From the NCBI GenBank assembly GCA_013416795.1, contig RQSC01000027.1:590416-654415 (forward strand): DNA of 64,000 nt, in the 5' to 3' direction. The notes beneath the pieces are model-generated. The model did not search any database. It was given only the letters and a program-made list of their open reading frames with translations, and was not told where the DNA came from. Shown piece by piece: positions 1-12,085 of the stretch (position 1 is the first letter of the stretch; each line of letters opens with the position of its first letter). The translations under genes were made by a program, and so were the position numbers. Source of the stretch: Prasinococcaceae sp. CCMP 1430. Lineage: Eukaryota; Plantae; Prasinodermophyta.

Positions 1-342
1 CGGCGGCTGCGCCGGCGGCTGGCCCGGGCGCCGCGACGACGCGGCGCCCGCGCGGACAATTGCGGGAAAAATCAAATCGACTCTAAAATTGCATCTATAA
101 AAACGGTATGTGAAGCTAAATTATTCCGATAAAATGTGAGCTTAAAACGCACGCATTTCTAGTATCCCGTGGGTATCGGAGGTGTGCCGTGCCCGGACGA
201 CGCGACGCGCCGGCGCTGGCGTGTGGGGCGGCGGGTGCCGTGCGCCCGTGGGGGGCTGCGCGGGGGGTGCGCGTGTGGGTCTGCGTGATCGTACTGTAGT
301 TGGTTTCATAAAGTCACTTTTTCGGCGGCTTGCACCGCTTTG

Positions 343-416
343 GCCTGCTTAGCTCAGTGGTCAGTAGCGCTCCCTTCGTAAGGGAGAGGTCGCGTGTTCG
401 ATCCACGCAGTGGGCA
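343..416 (+). tRNA. tRNA-Thr (anticodon CGT)
   Basis: Cloverleaf read directly: acceptor GCCTGCT/AGTGGGC-A, D-arm AGCTCAGTGG, anticodon stem CTCCC-TTCGTAA-GGGAG, T-arm GTTCGATCC. Followed by a T-run (417-422) typical of a Pol III terminator. Confidence 0.95.
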
Positions 417-805
417 TTTTTTGCACTTATCCATTCCCTTTTTTTTTGCGCCTGCGTCGGTTCTCGCGCAGCGCATCGAAGACCGCTCCACCCACCCACC
501 CACCCCAGCCACCCAGCCACCCACCCACCCTCTCAATCTGCGCCGCTCACTCGCTCGCTCATCATTGCATGTTAATTACAGTGCAAGTGTTCAGTCAGCA
601 CTCAAATCATCATCCTCTCGCGGCGAGCGAGACAATCCGGGACACACGCCCTCGGATACGAGCTCAACGTGACGAGGCCAGGGACGTGGCGGTGCGCGGG
701 TGGTCCATCGCCGATACGACACACATCCGCAGCCCCCAGCCGGCAGCGATGGCACGTTTTCTTTTTTTCCCGGTCGCATTTGAGGTTTGAAGCTGAATAG
801 GGTTT

Positions 806-2265
806 GTGAGAGCGTCGAAGATTGTTTCATTTGATGTCGGATGTGCGATGGGGAGGTTAAGGTTTGGGCGGGGAGCGCGGCGATCGCGAGCCGCTGCTGC
901 GCCGCTGCTGCTGCAGCAGAGCGCGCGCGCGCGCGCGCGCGCGGTGGCGGGGGAAATTCGCGGCGGTTGCGCGGTTTCGCCGGGCGCGGTTTCGCGGCGT
1001 GCTAACAATGCAGTACCCGGGCGTCGACGACTCGCTCGNGATGCGGTTCTTGCGCTCTGTTGCAAGGTCTTGCGCGAGTTGGCCAGGCTTGCGGTGGTGG
1101 AGGCGCTGCTTGCGCGCGCGGGCTGCGGCGGTGGCGCGAGCGAGCGGACGCGGCGCTGCGGGCTGCGGCGAGCAGCAGCTGTGGGGGTGCGCCGGGAGGG
1201 CGCCGTGGCACGCGCGACACGGCGCGTGCGTACGCCAGATGGGGCGTGCCGCGCCGCGCTGAGCGACACCTCTCCTCTCATCGTCCCGAAGGACGTTCCC
1301 GCGGACGAGGCGAACGTCTTGGACGATCGCAATGAGTGGGCGCGCCACGACGGGACCGCGCGACGCTCGTTGCGGCGTGTCGACGATCTCACGCTCCGGC
1401 GCGGCGCCGGTGCCGTCCATGCAGATGACCTGCTCGCGCTCTGCACGGAGGCGCCTTCCTGGACGGTTTTGCGCGCGCGCCGCCAGTTGGAGCGCGAGGG
1501 CGGCGCCGCCACAAACGAGGCGCGCGCGCTCGTGTCGCGCGAGCGCATGGCGCGCGCTGTCGCTGCCTCGGCGGTCGTCGTGGCGCTGTACGCGCCCGCG
1601 CCGGCCGGGAGCATAAGCAGCCGCGCGGTGCCCGGCCAGCGCCTCGTGGCAGCCGCGCGTGCCACAAGCGACGGCGCGCTCGTCGGGGAGATCGTTGACA
1701 TGGTGCGCGCGCGCGCAAGTGGTCGCCGGCGCTCCACGCCGCGCGCTCGCGTGCGAAAGGCGCGCTCCTGTGCTTCGGGCTGACACCGCTTCACCCTCGC
1801 TGTGCGCGTGTCCGTGGCCGCGCGCACGCGCTCGGTGACGCGCTCGCCACACGCACACAGGCAGTCACAAGTGCGTGGCGCGGGCAGGGCGTGGGGCGCC
1901 TTCTTGTGGAAGAGGTCACACAGGCCTTCCTCGACATGGGAATCTCGGATGTTGGAGCAACGGCGCCGCCCGAGGCGCAGCACTTTTTGCAGGCGTGCGG
2001 CTTCCGCCCCGACTATCGCGGCTGCACCACGCTCGTGCTCGGCGCGGACAGAGCTCGCAGTCTCGAGGAAGGCGAGGGCCACGCGCACGCCCAAGGCGGG
2101 GAGGGCGCGCGCCAGGACGCGTGCGCCTCCGATGCATCCAGCTACCGGGGGCTGGTGCTCACGCCGGCGCTCACACAGCTGCGCGCGCAGGGCGCGCCCG
2201 CGACCTCCTCACTGGAGTCGATGGCAGCCGACACCTTCGAGGTCGTGCGTCCATCTAGAAACTGA
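806..2265 (+). CDS. GNAT-family N-acetyltransferase, similar to plant plastid GNAT/NSI-type enzymes; 5' end uncertain (single N at 1039)
   Basis: Splicing GT 1703 to AG 1860 gives RLVAAARATSDGALVGEIVDM|AVTSAWRGQGVGRLLVEE...FLQACGF, which contains the acetyl-CoA motif RGQGVG. Confidence 0.8.
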
Positions 2266-2532
2266 CATCCAAGAGAGCACCAGGCCGGTCGCCTGGAGAG
2301 CCCGTGAGTTCCGCCCGGTCGACCAGCGGGCGGCATTTTTGCGATAGGAGCGGCGGGGCAGCGCCATGCGGCGCTCGCAGTCAATTTTGTTCGTGCACGC
2401 TCGTGCCACTTGACGCGCGCTTGCGCGCCAATGCGCTCGATTGCGCATTTGCAAGCGCGTCGTGGGGCCAGCGCGGCCGGTGACGCGCGCGCGGGCTTGC
2501 GCGGGGCGACGGGTGAGCTCCTGCTGTGTTCC

Positions 2533-3325
2533 TCACGGCTTGTTAGACTCCGCCTCGGCAGGCGGCTGCGCGGGCGCGGCTGACGCCGCCTCTGGCGCTG
2601 CAGGCGCTTCGGCAGGAGCGGGCGTGGGCGCCTCGGCCGGTGCGACGGGCGCGGCAGCGGACGCCTCAGGTGCCTGCCCGCCCCATGCGGCCGCCTTGGA
2701 CGCGGCGATCATCTCGTCTGTCACGGTGTCCTGTGCGGCCCCTGCGGCCGTCTCGGCGCCGCCCTCTGGGGCGGCGTCCTGGGTGGCCGGCGCAGCAGGA
2801 GCCTCTGGCGCCGCGGCCGCTGGGGCAGCCGGCGCAGCCGGCGCGGCCGGAGCCTTGGGCCTCGGCGGCGGCGGCGCGAGCGGGTTGGCCAGCGGCTGCG
2901 TGATGCTGTCGATATCGCGCTTGAGCTCGTCGAGGCCTATCTCATTGTCGAGCGTGTCTTTCACGTCGGCAGATATCTCTTGCAGCTCGCGCAGTGTCGG
3001 CTGGAATGCACGAACGAGCGCGCCCGCTTGCTTGGCCACGTCGGCGAGACCCTGTGCGAGCAAAGGTGCACAGCGAGCAAAGGTGCACAGCGAGAGGCGC
3101 TCGCAAGCGCCGGTCAGGCCATGCGCATGGCGCGTGCGCTCGCGCACGCCCCGCCAACGCCCCGCTGGCGGCCATCCCATGCGTGGCGTGACGCACCTTG
3201 GGCCCGAATACGATCAGCGCCACGACGCCGATCACCAGCACCTCGGGCGTCCCCACGCCGAACACGGCTGCGGTGGCGACCTCGCGCCGCTGCCGAGCGC
3301 GCAGGGGGGCGCGCGGCCGCGCGGC
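2533..3325 (-). CDS. tatB: Plastid twin-arginine translocase subunit TatB/HCF106; transit peptide runs into the N gap
   Basis: VFGVGTPEVLVIGVVALIVFGPK|GLADVAKQAGALVRAFQPTLRELQEISADVKDTL (intron 3052-3196), then an Ala/Pro-rich tail. Confidence 0.9.
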
Positions 3326-3520
3326 NNNNNNNNNNNNNNNNNNNNNNNNNNNNNNNNNNNNNNNNNNNNNNNNNNNNNNNNNNNNNNNNNNNNNNNNNNN
3401 NNNNNNNNNNNNNNNNNNNNNNNNNNNNNNNNNNNNNNNNNNNNNNNNNNNNNNNNNNNNNNNNNNNNNNNNNNNNNNNNNNNNNNNNNNNNNNNNNNNN
3501 NNNNNNNNNNNNNNNNNNNN
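3326..3520. other. Assembly gap (195 N)
   Basis: Run of N in the sequence. Confidence 1.
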
Positions 3521-3568
3521 CCGCGCGCGCGCCCCGCGCGTGCGGCCCCGCCGCGGCCGAGGCGCAGC

Positions 3569-3790
3569 ATGGAGCAGCGGCGGGACGCGCTTCTCTGCGA
3601 CGGCGGGCTGTGCCCCTCAGAGGGGTACACGCCCATCACAGGCTACTATGGCCTCGACGCACTCGCATTTGCTTCCTTTTTGCTCCTCTGCCTGATGGCG
3701 CTGGTCATAAATCTCAGGTTGGAGGCCATCTCAGGAGAAGTGGTAAAGGAGGACGGGAGCGGCGACAGCGACGGCGGCAAAGTGGAGTGA
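3569..3790 (+). CDS. Small hypothetical single-pass membrane protein (73 aa), possibly the last exon of a gene lost in the gap
   Basis: ORF MEQRRDALLCDGGLCPSEGYTPITGYYGLDALAFASFLLLCLMALVINLRLE... with one hydrophobic helix and non-low-complexity composition. Confidence 0.5.
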   Translation: MEQRRDALLCDGGLCPSEGYTPITGYYGLDALAFASFLLLCLMALVINLRLEAISGEVVKEDGSGDSDGGKVE

Positions 3791-4195
3791 GCGCCGGACG
3801 CGGTCCGTGAGGTCGCAAGCGCACTCAAACGCGCGATAGAGCAGGCGAGGGCGTGGTCAGAGTCGCGGGTGGGAGCTGGAACGCGAGCGAGGGCGAGGGC
3901 GAGAGTGAAAGTGCTCTGGGTCGTCGAGCTCAATTGTGAGCTCGCCCTCTATGTGCGCGCGCCATGACGCCAGTGTAACATTAGTGCATGTAAGAGTCTG
4001 TATCCTGCGCCGCGTGCACGCGCGTGGCGGAGGTGGGGGGAGCGTGACGGGAGGGGAGGGAAATGCTCGCTGGACTCGGCGCATGCTCGTGAACGAACGA
4101 GGGCCGCCGGGCCCCAAAAGGATGGCCGGGATGCGCGCGCGTACGTGTGCGAATCGCCGGACCTGAGGCCTGCTCCTCAGCGATGCGCCAGCGAG

Positions 4196-5134
4196 CTATA
4201 TGGTTGATACGTGGAGGAAGGGCAGCGGCGGGTCCGGTCTCGTCTCCTTGATAAGCGAGGACACCGCCTTGAAATTCTCTGCCTTGGAGTCACCCATGAG
4301 CTCGAAGAGTGCGCTCTCGTAGGTCGTCAGGTGCACGCCAGCGCGATCGAGACGGGTGAGCGCGACTGAGCGCTCCGTGGGTCGGCTCGAGCTCACGGCG
4401 TCCACAACCACCCACACACTGTAGCCCCTGTCGAGCAGGTCGAGCGCAGTCTGCAGCACGCACACATGTGCCTCGATGCCGAACAGGACTACCTGCTTGC
4501 GATTCCTCCTCTGCAGCTCATCGTCGACATCGGGCGTGACCATTGAGAAGAGCGTCTTTGGGTGGCGCTCGACGCCCTCGAGGTGCGGCAGGAGCTCGGC
4601 AGTGGTTGAACCGAAAACCTTCGGCGATGAGGTGCGCGCGCGAGGAATGAAGGGGGGGGGAGGGGAGGGAGGGAGGGAGGGAGGGGGCGATGCAGCGATT
4701 AGGCACGCGCCGCGCACGAACGGGTGCGCCGCAGCCCCTCCAACTCACAAACTCTTCACGGGCGCGCACGCGTCTCAACATGTTCTCTCGCCACATGCTG
4801 CCGCGCGGCGCGCGTACCGCACCTTCGGATATTGCTCTGTCACGATCACGGGCGCCCCGACAAGGGGTGCAGCGCGCACCATGATGGAGCAGCCGTGCTG
4901 CATGGCCTCGAAGTTGTGGATGACGCTCCTGAAGCGCTCCTGCACATCGCAGAGCAGGAAGCACACGTCGCCGCGCTTCAAGCGCGGCACGCTGCTGGGC
5001 GCCGACATGCTGCCGCCGCCGGCGCGCGTGCACGCGCGACGAGCACGCGCGGCCGCGCGGTGCGCTGGGATCGGCGCAGGGGCTGCGGAGCGCTGGGCGC
5101 GCAAGAGCGCACCGCGTGCCGCCGCGCGCATCAT
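4196..5134 (-). CDS. Isochorismatase-domain protein (ISOC1/ISOC2-like), probable organellar presequence
   Basis: FLLCDVQERF...VIVTEQYPK|VFGST...KTLFSM...VVLFGIEAHVCVLQTALDLL...VVDAVSS motifs; one intron at about 4620-4820. Confidence 0.9.
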
Positions 5135-5425
5135 GTGTGGGCGCCCCGCCATGCGTCCCACGTCCCAGCGAGGCAGCAGGAGGTAGCGTGACGTGGCACC
5201 AACGAGCCCGATTTGAACCCTGGCTATGGGCTCTCGCCTGCAAGTCTGGCTGCAGGTGCGAATACGGGTCCTCGATCGCAGACCGGGTTGGTGATCAGGG
5301 CTCGTGCGCCCGCCGCCCTCGCGCTGCCCTGCCGATCGGGCGCATGCAGGACCCAGGCGGGAGACACAGGTGGGCGTGGCAGAGTGCGCGGCGCTCGCGC
5401 GCGGTCGGGCGCGCGCTCCGCCGCG

Positions 5426-8400
5426 ATGGCGCGCGTGTACGTCCACCTCGAGGAGGAGGACGTCGCGGCGGTGTTCGACGTGGACGCTGCCGAGGGCGCG
5501 GCGGCCGTGGCCGAGCGCTTCCGGGAGCGCATGCGTGAGAGCATGCGTTTTGATGTGTGTTCATGCGTTTTGATACCATCGCCGCGGAGGCGCCGCGCGC
5601 GTCGCCGCGACCGTCAATTTAAAATGCATTCGTTTCGAAGTCACAAAATGCAGAGTGCGTCTCGAAATCGTCTCGAATGTTTCTTTTTTGCCCCCCCTGT
5701 CGGCGCGCGCGCGGGCGCCAGGGTGCCACACACCGCGCGCGCGCCGGCGCGTGGGCTGGCGGGCGCAAGCGCTGCGGGCGCCGGCGTCGCCACAGAAGGC
5801 CGCGCACCGGCGGGCGCCGCCATCGCCGCCGCGCCCCGCGGGGCTCTCTCTCCCCCTCTCCGTCCCTCTCTCTCTATCCTGCACGCGTCGGCCGCCGGCG
5901 GCGCGCGCGGGCGCCGGCTCAGAGCCGGGCCAATCCACGCGGAGTGGCACGCGTGCGCGCGACGCCCGCTCCCGCGACCCTCTCCCTCACCCCCACCCAC
6001 CCCACCACCTCCCGGACGCCCCTCCCCTCCCACACCCTCCCGCGCCCGCGCGCGCTCGGGGAACTCGCGCTGCCCTCCCCGCCAAACACATCTCCCCCAC
6101 CCTCGAACTCTCCCCACAGGAAAGTCGCAGTATGCAAAAACCCAACAAACCTGCAAACCCACCCAATGCAATATGACGGTCGAGTATGACATCGATTTCG
6201 CACGAGCGCTCGTGATGAGGTTTTGATAGGGTTTATATATACATGCGATTTGATGGAGAATGGTGCGGCCTTGCGGGCCCTCGGCTGGGGCGGTGCGCTC
6301 GCTGGTATCACGGGCGATGGCCGCCCGCCGGCGCGGGGACGTCGAGCGGGGCTGGCCGCGGCGGCAGCGGCGTGGTCGAGGGCGCGTCCGCCATTGGGCG
6401 CGGCGTGGCGCCCGCGGCGATGCGCGGGCCACTCGCGCTGCGCACTGCCGGCGGGGAAGCCATCGACGCAGCCGACAGCGTCGCTGCCGCCGTGGGCGAC
6501 CGCGGGGACGTCTTCGTGGTCGTTGGTGATGACGCCGGCGGCGATGCGGTGGGCGCGACGGCCGGCGGCGAGCATGCGGAACAGGCGCCCGCGCCCGCGG
6601 GAACGGCGGGCGGCGGCGGCGGCGGCAGGGGCGACACCGCCGACGACAGCCTGCTCAAGCACGCACAAGACGCCTTCCAGGACCGCCGTTTCGCCGAGGC
6701 GAAGGCGCTCTATGAGAGCGTCCTGCAGCAGGACCCGCGTGCCTTCGTCGCGCACGTGGCGCTGGTCAGCTGTGAGCTTGCGGCGGGGAAGCACGACGCA
6801 GCGGCAAAGCGCGCCGCGAAGTCTCAAAAGCTCTTCAGCAAGGACGGGTACCTCAAGCTCCTGCTTGGCGACGCATTGGCTGGGCAGGAGGAGTGGGAGC
6901 TCGCCATCGACGAGTACGACGCCGCCTTGCGGGTCGTCACACGCGGTGGCGATGCTGCGGCATCCATGGACGCGCTGAGCACGACCGCACACGACGTGCG
7001 CATCAAGCGCGCCCGCGCGATGTTTCACGCGGGGGACGAGACGGAAGCGTGCGACGAAATCATGGCGGTGCTGCAGGAGACGGACCAGTCGCACCCTGCC
7101 GCGCTGCTGGAGTATTCGCGCGTGTGTGTTGCGCGCGGGCGCGATGTCGACGCCGTTCAGGTGCTGCTGCGCCTCGTCGTGCGCAACGCCGCCGACAAGG
7201 AGGTGCGGCGGGAGCTCGCGGCCGCAGTGCGCCGCGCGGGCGTGCAGGCGCTCCTCGACGAGGTCGGAGAGAAAGGCACGAAATCCGCCTCTGCTATCGC
7301 CTTCCTCGCGACCGTGATGAAGGAGAACGGCGCGCTCGACGAATGCCTCGAGCTGTACCGCCTAGCCAACAGCCTGGAGCCCGGGCCATCGGGGGCGACG
7401 TACGCGCTCAACCTCTTCCACGCGCTCGAGGTGGCTAACAGGTGCAGGGAGGCATTGGTGTCGATCGCCAGGGCTTTTTTCACGCGCAACGCGTCGGTTG
7501 CGTGGTTCGGCGCCGCGGCTCGCCTGCTCGAGGGCCTCGAGAGCGCGCCCGAGTTCGGCGCCGGCGGCCTACTCAAGGGACGGCGCGGCAGCGGCGGCGA
7601 GCGCTGGCGCGACGCTGCGTTCGAACAGAGCACCGGGGATGCGCCTGCCGACGCGGACGCAGAGATCGGCGGCGCGCCGCTCACGGTGGGCTCTGACGAG
7701 GAGCTCAACGCCCTCACCCTGCTCTTTGCGACCGTCAAGGTGCTCTACCTGGCGTCCGCGAAGCGGCGCGCGGCCGCGCTTGCGGCTGTCGCGTCGCGGG
7801 CGGCCGGTGTGCAGCGGCCACAGCCGTTGCACGAAACGCTCATCAGGAACGAGGCCGCGTACTTCAATTGCGTCGCCCAGCTGCTCGAAACGGCGCCTCC
7901 CCCGGACCTGCCGATGCAGGGAGCCGCAGCCCACGCGAGGAAGCCCTTATACGTGCTGGGCGACTCGCATTGCTTGCCGCTCGCCTGGCGGGTGCTTGCG
8001 CTGCGCGGTGAGGAGCGTGTCTGCGTGCCCATGCTTGTCACCGGGCTGAAGCAGTGGCACCTGCGCAAGGAGTGCCTCTTCTACACAAAGGAGCATTTTG
8101 ACCGCGTGGCGTCCACCGTGCCGGACGGTGCGGACGTCCTCGCCCTGTTCGGGGAAATCGACTGCAGGGAGGGCCTCGCCACTGCCGTGGAGCGGGGAAT
8201 GTACGTTGACACCGCCGCGGCGGCCGCCGAAGTGGCCAAGATATACTTGCGGACGCTCGGCGCGCTGTCGATGGCTCGCAAGCTCAACGTGTTTGTGCAT
8301 GATGTGCCGCCGGTGCTGGACCCTACGCGCGAGAACGTCCGCGTGCTCAACCAGGCCCTGGCCGATGCGGTGGCGAAGGCGGCCGCCGGTAAGGCGAGCG

Positions 8401-8549
8401 GCAGCCTCACATTCGTTCCCGCCGCGCAGAGCATGTTAGGCGAGGACGGCAAGCTGCGCCCCGACCTCGACTTCGACGCGACTCACCTTCACCCGCGCTA
8501 CGTGGAGAGCGACCTCCAGAGGGCGCTTGATGCCGCGACCGCCGCGTGA
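5426..8549 (+). CDS. TPR-repeat protein with a C-terminal SGNH-hydrolase-like domain; first exon (5426-about 5534) tentative
   Basis: ORF 6243-8549 has helical TPR-like repeats (AQDAFQDRRFAEAKALYESVL; LGDALAGQEEWELAIDEYDAAL), then LGDSH, FGEIDCR and DATHLHP, matching SGNH blocks I, III and V. Confidence 0.75.
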
Positions 8550-8603
8550 GGCGGCGCGCGTTCAGCCGCTTCCTGCACTGTGTAATTAAGAATTGTTGCC
8601 TCG

Positions 8604-9820
8604 CTACTTCTTAAAGTCCATCTCGGCGGTGTGCGATCCCTTGCCGCTCCACTCAGGCGGCGGCGCAGTGAGCACCCGTCCGGGGAGCACGGTCGTGCCA
8701 GGGAAGAGCGCAGTAAGGCTGCCGAAGGCGCGCGGATCGCTCGCGTACGATTCGCACAGGTCTTGCAGCGCCCAAGAGAGCGCCCTGTAGCACGGCTGTA
8801 CGACCTCCACGGCGAACTCGATCTGCTGGGCGATGTCGAAGCGCGGCAGCTCGCCCTCCTGCACGCCGTGGACGGGATCCCCGTTGCCATTGCCCGAGCT
8901 GGGTTTGTATCGGTATACGTCAAACTCGTCGTGAACGATCGTATCCAGCGTTCGCTGCATGATGTTCCACATGCGGTAGTGCCTCTCGTCGCGCCAGAGC
9001 TTGTCATCCTCCTCATCGCTGGGCCCGTGCCGGTTGTACCAGAACAAGTACCCCCACCGGAATTCGAAGAAAAGCTTGTCTTCAAGTGCCGAGCCGCGCT
9101 CGAGCACGCCATACTTGCGCGCGAAGCCGCCCATCGAGCGGTACACGTCGTTTCTGAACATGCGCAAGTCGAAGCTCGTCGGGAGCTCCCTCCAGCTGAT
9201 CGGTTGATACCCCTCGTCTAACAAATATGTCCACCCGCGCCCGCTAAGAAAGCCCCAGAAACTATCCTCAGAGTCAGGGCCAAGGCCATCGAAGTCGTGC
9301 ACGAGCTCAAACGTGACTTCGACGTCCTCCCATCCCGACAGCTCCACTGTTTGGCACGTGCGCGCGTGCGCGTGCGAACGGGCGGGGGCGCGCGTGTGTG
9401 CTGGCGTCAGCCGCGCGCTCCTGGGTGACATTCAGTCGGGGGCTGAGAGGCAGCGATGGCATGCCCGCGCATGCACGTACACGCGCACAGAGTGTGATGG
9501 TGGTCGAGGATGTACATCGTCTTGTCCTCCGCCCCGCGTCCGCGCGAGACGTATGGTACAGGCTTGCGGTCCATGAAGCGCTGTGCTGCGCTCTCGTCGG
9601 TGTACTGCTTCAACTTCGAGAGGCACCAGTCCCACCCGAGCGCCGCCTGGGTGGGCTGGCAAAGGTCGCGCGCCTCCCGCCACGCGAGCTTTATCTTCTC
9701 ATGACTGCCCACGTCATCCGCTCGAGCCTTCTCTTTGCGCTTGCCGCCCTTGCCGCCCTTCTTCTCCCCGCGCTTCTTATCCTTGCCCTTCGATTCCTCC
9801 GCCTCGTCGCTGCTCGCCAT
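8604..9820 (-). CDS. ParB-like nuclease domain protein (ParBc_2-type)
   Basis: CQPTQAALG, PVPYV, YILDHHH, NDVYRSMGGFARKYG, FFEFRWG and VLPG motifs over two exons (intron about 9350-9485); Lys/Gly-rich N-terminus. Confidence 0.75.
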
Positions 9821-10412
9821 CTCTTCCACGGTGGGCGCCGCCGCACCGTCGCGCGCGCCCTGCGGCGGCAGCGCCGGCCGGCCGACGCCGCGGGGCCGCG
9901 CGATCGCGCGACCGCCATCCGCGCGCGCGCAGCGGCGCCGAAGTCTGGCGCCACGTCCTCCTCTCCTCCGCCCGCGCCTCTTCTTCCCCCCCATTCACTC
10001 CCCACGCACACACACGCCCCACCACCACCGCACCCGCAGCAGCCGCGCCAACACCCGGATGGATGGATGGCGTGCGCGCCTCGCGCGCACACGCGCCTGG
10101 GGCCAGCCTCCAGGCTATTCAGGGTCTACCTCATACATCACAAGACATTTACGGTGTACTGTACTTGTGCGCCCACGATTCCAACCCTACATTTAGAAGG
10201 GTTAGGGTTATCCACGGCGAGGCGCTCCGGGCGGCGGCAAATATCTTGCGGGCCGGATGCGGGTGGCGGCGTCCTGCCGCAGGAAGCCACACGCGGCGGC
10301 GGCTGCGGGTCGGCGGCGGCAGGCCTGGCCTCCTCGCGCGGGCCGGACTTGGGCGGGAAGCGGCCGCGGGTGCGGAGCGTCGAGGGAGGCCGCGCGCGGC
10401 GCGGACGCCGCC

Positions 10413-11748
10413 ATGGCCGCGCCCGCGCACAAGGTCGTGCTGCTGCGCCACGGCGAGTCCGAGTGGAACGTCGCCAACAAGTTCACGGGGTGGACCGACG
10501 TCGACCTCACGTCCAAGGGAACCACCGAGGCCAACGCCGCCGGCCAGCTGCTCAAGGCAGAGGTGCGTGACGCTTGCGCTCGCGCGGCACAAACGCGCAC
10601 TGGCTGGTAAGGGGGCTGTGAGACCAGGTGGTGTCGTATCGGGATGCGGGTGCTCTGTGCGGCAAACGGATCGCCAGCGCTCGCATGGGCCTAGATTGGG
10701 AAATGGAGGGAGGAGGGTGTCGGGTCAGGGAGAAACAGGCTAGTGCCGCGCAGTGGGCGCGCCGGGTTGTACACGCGGACACGCTCTGACGACTAGGCGG
10801 TCCGTGCATGCGCCGCTGTGCGCCGCCGGGGCCCGGGGCGCCTCCGCCTCGAAAGGGTTTCGAGTTTGACTGCGCGTTCACGAGCCTGCTGAAGCGCGCG
10901 ATCCGCACGCTGTGGATCACCCTCGACAACATGGACCTTATGTGGATCCCCGTGACACGGTCGTGGCGTCTCAACGAGCGCCACTATGGCGACCTCCAGG
11001 TGCGCCCGCCCGCCCGCCCGCCCGCCCGCCCGCCCGCGTGTGTGCGCATCCCTGTCGCACTGCGCCCGTGCCTGGCGGTTGGCTGACATGAGCTGTGCTC
11101 CCCTCGCCACGCGACTCGGGCGCGCGCGGGCGTTGCGCTCTTCGGTCTCGCATCGCAGGGTCTCGACAAGGCCGAGACCGCCAAGAAGTTCGGCGATGAG
11201 CAGGTGCTCATCTGGCGCCGCAGCTACGACACGCCGCCGCCGCCACTCGAGGAGTCGGACGAGCGCTTTCCGGGAAAGGACCGCAGGTACACAGGTATGG
11301 ACCCTGCGGATGTCCCCAAGAGTGAGTCGCTGAAGGACACCGTCGCGCGCTTCCTGCCGATCTGGCACGACACAATCGCGCCGACCATCAAGAGCGGCAA
11401 GCGTGTCATCATCGCCGCGCACGGAAACTCGCTTCGCGCGCTCGTCAAATACCTGGACGACATGTCCGAAGAGGCCATCCTCAAGCTCAACATTCCGACC
11501 GGCGTGCCCCTTGTGTACGAGCTTGATGCCGACCTCAAGGTGTGCAGGCGCGCGGGGCCCATTGGGGTCGTCAGCACGCGCACACGTGCCAGTGCGGTGC
11601 GGCTCCCAACACTTTGCGCGCCACGATCCTGTCCCCGCTCTGACGCCCACACTCTCGCGCACAGCCCATCCGCCATTACTACTTGGGTGACCAGGACGCC
11701 ATCGCGGCCAAGGCCGCCGCCGTGGCCGCACAGGGCAAGGCGAAGTGA
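10413..11748 (+). CDS. gpmA: 2,3-bisphosphoglycerate-dependent phosphoglycerate mutase (4 exons)
   Basis: [10 protein letters not shown]...[65 protein letters not shown]; the spliced product looks complete. Confidence 0.97.
11005..11037 (+). repeat. (GCCC)n microsatellite in gpmA intron 2
   Basis: gcccgcccgcccgccc... seen directly. Confidence 0.85.
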
Positions 11749-12085
11749 GCGCCGATACGGGACGGGAGCACGAGCGCACGAGCACGCGTCCGCGCGCCTG
11801 CACCGCGCGCGTCCTCTACACTCACCTGGCCGCGGTAAACCATCATAGGTGCACCGCTCGCCACTCACCGACCCCCGCGCCTCGCAGCTCTGGCGATCGC
11901 AGCGCGCATCCGCTTAAGCAGCAAATGAAGCGTCGTGGCACGTGTGGTAGGTGCAACGGCTTACAAAAACAGACCAACCCGCTCGCATTCGCTTTTCGCC
12001 AAAGCGTCGCGTGCGATTGATCCTGCCCCTGCTGTTGATGTCGTCCCCTGCTCGTGCACGAGGAGCCGTCTTGTGGCCGCGGCTG

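Noticed and set aside
314-520. Minus-strand ORF containing HCVDRTRDLSLTKGALLTTEL
   Set aside because: Antisense translation of the tRNA-Thr gene.
490-532. (CCCA)n and other short microsatellites, including (GC)n at about 920 and (GA)n at about 61045
   Set aside because: Ordinary simple repeats in spacers or introns.
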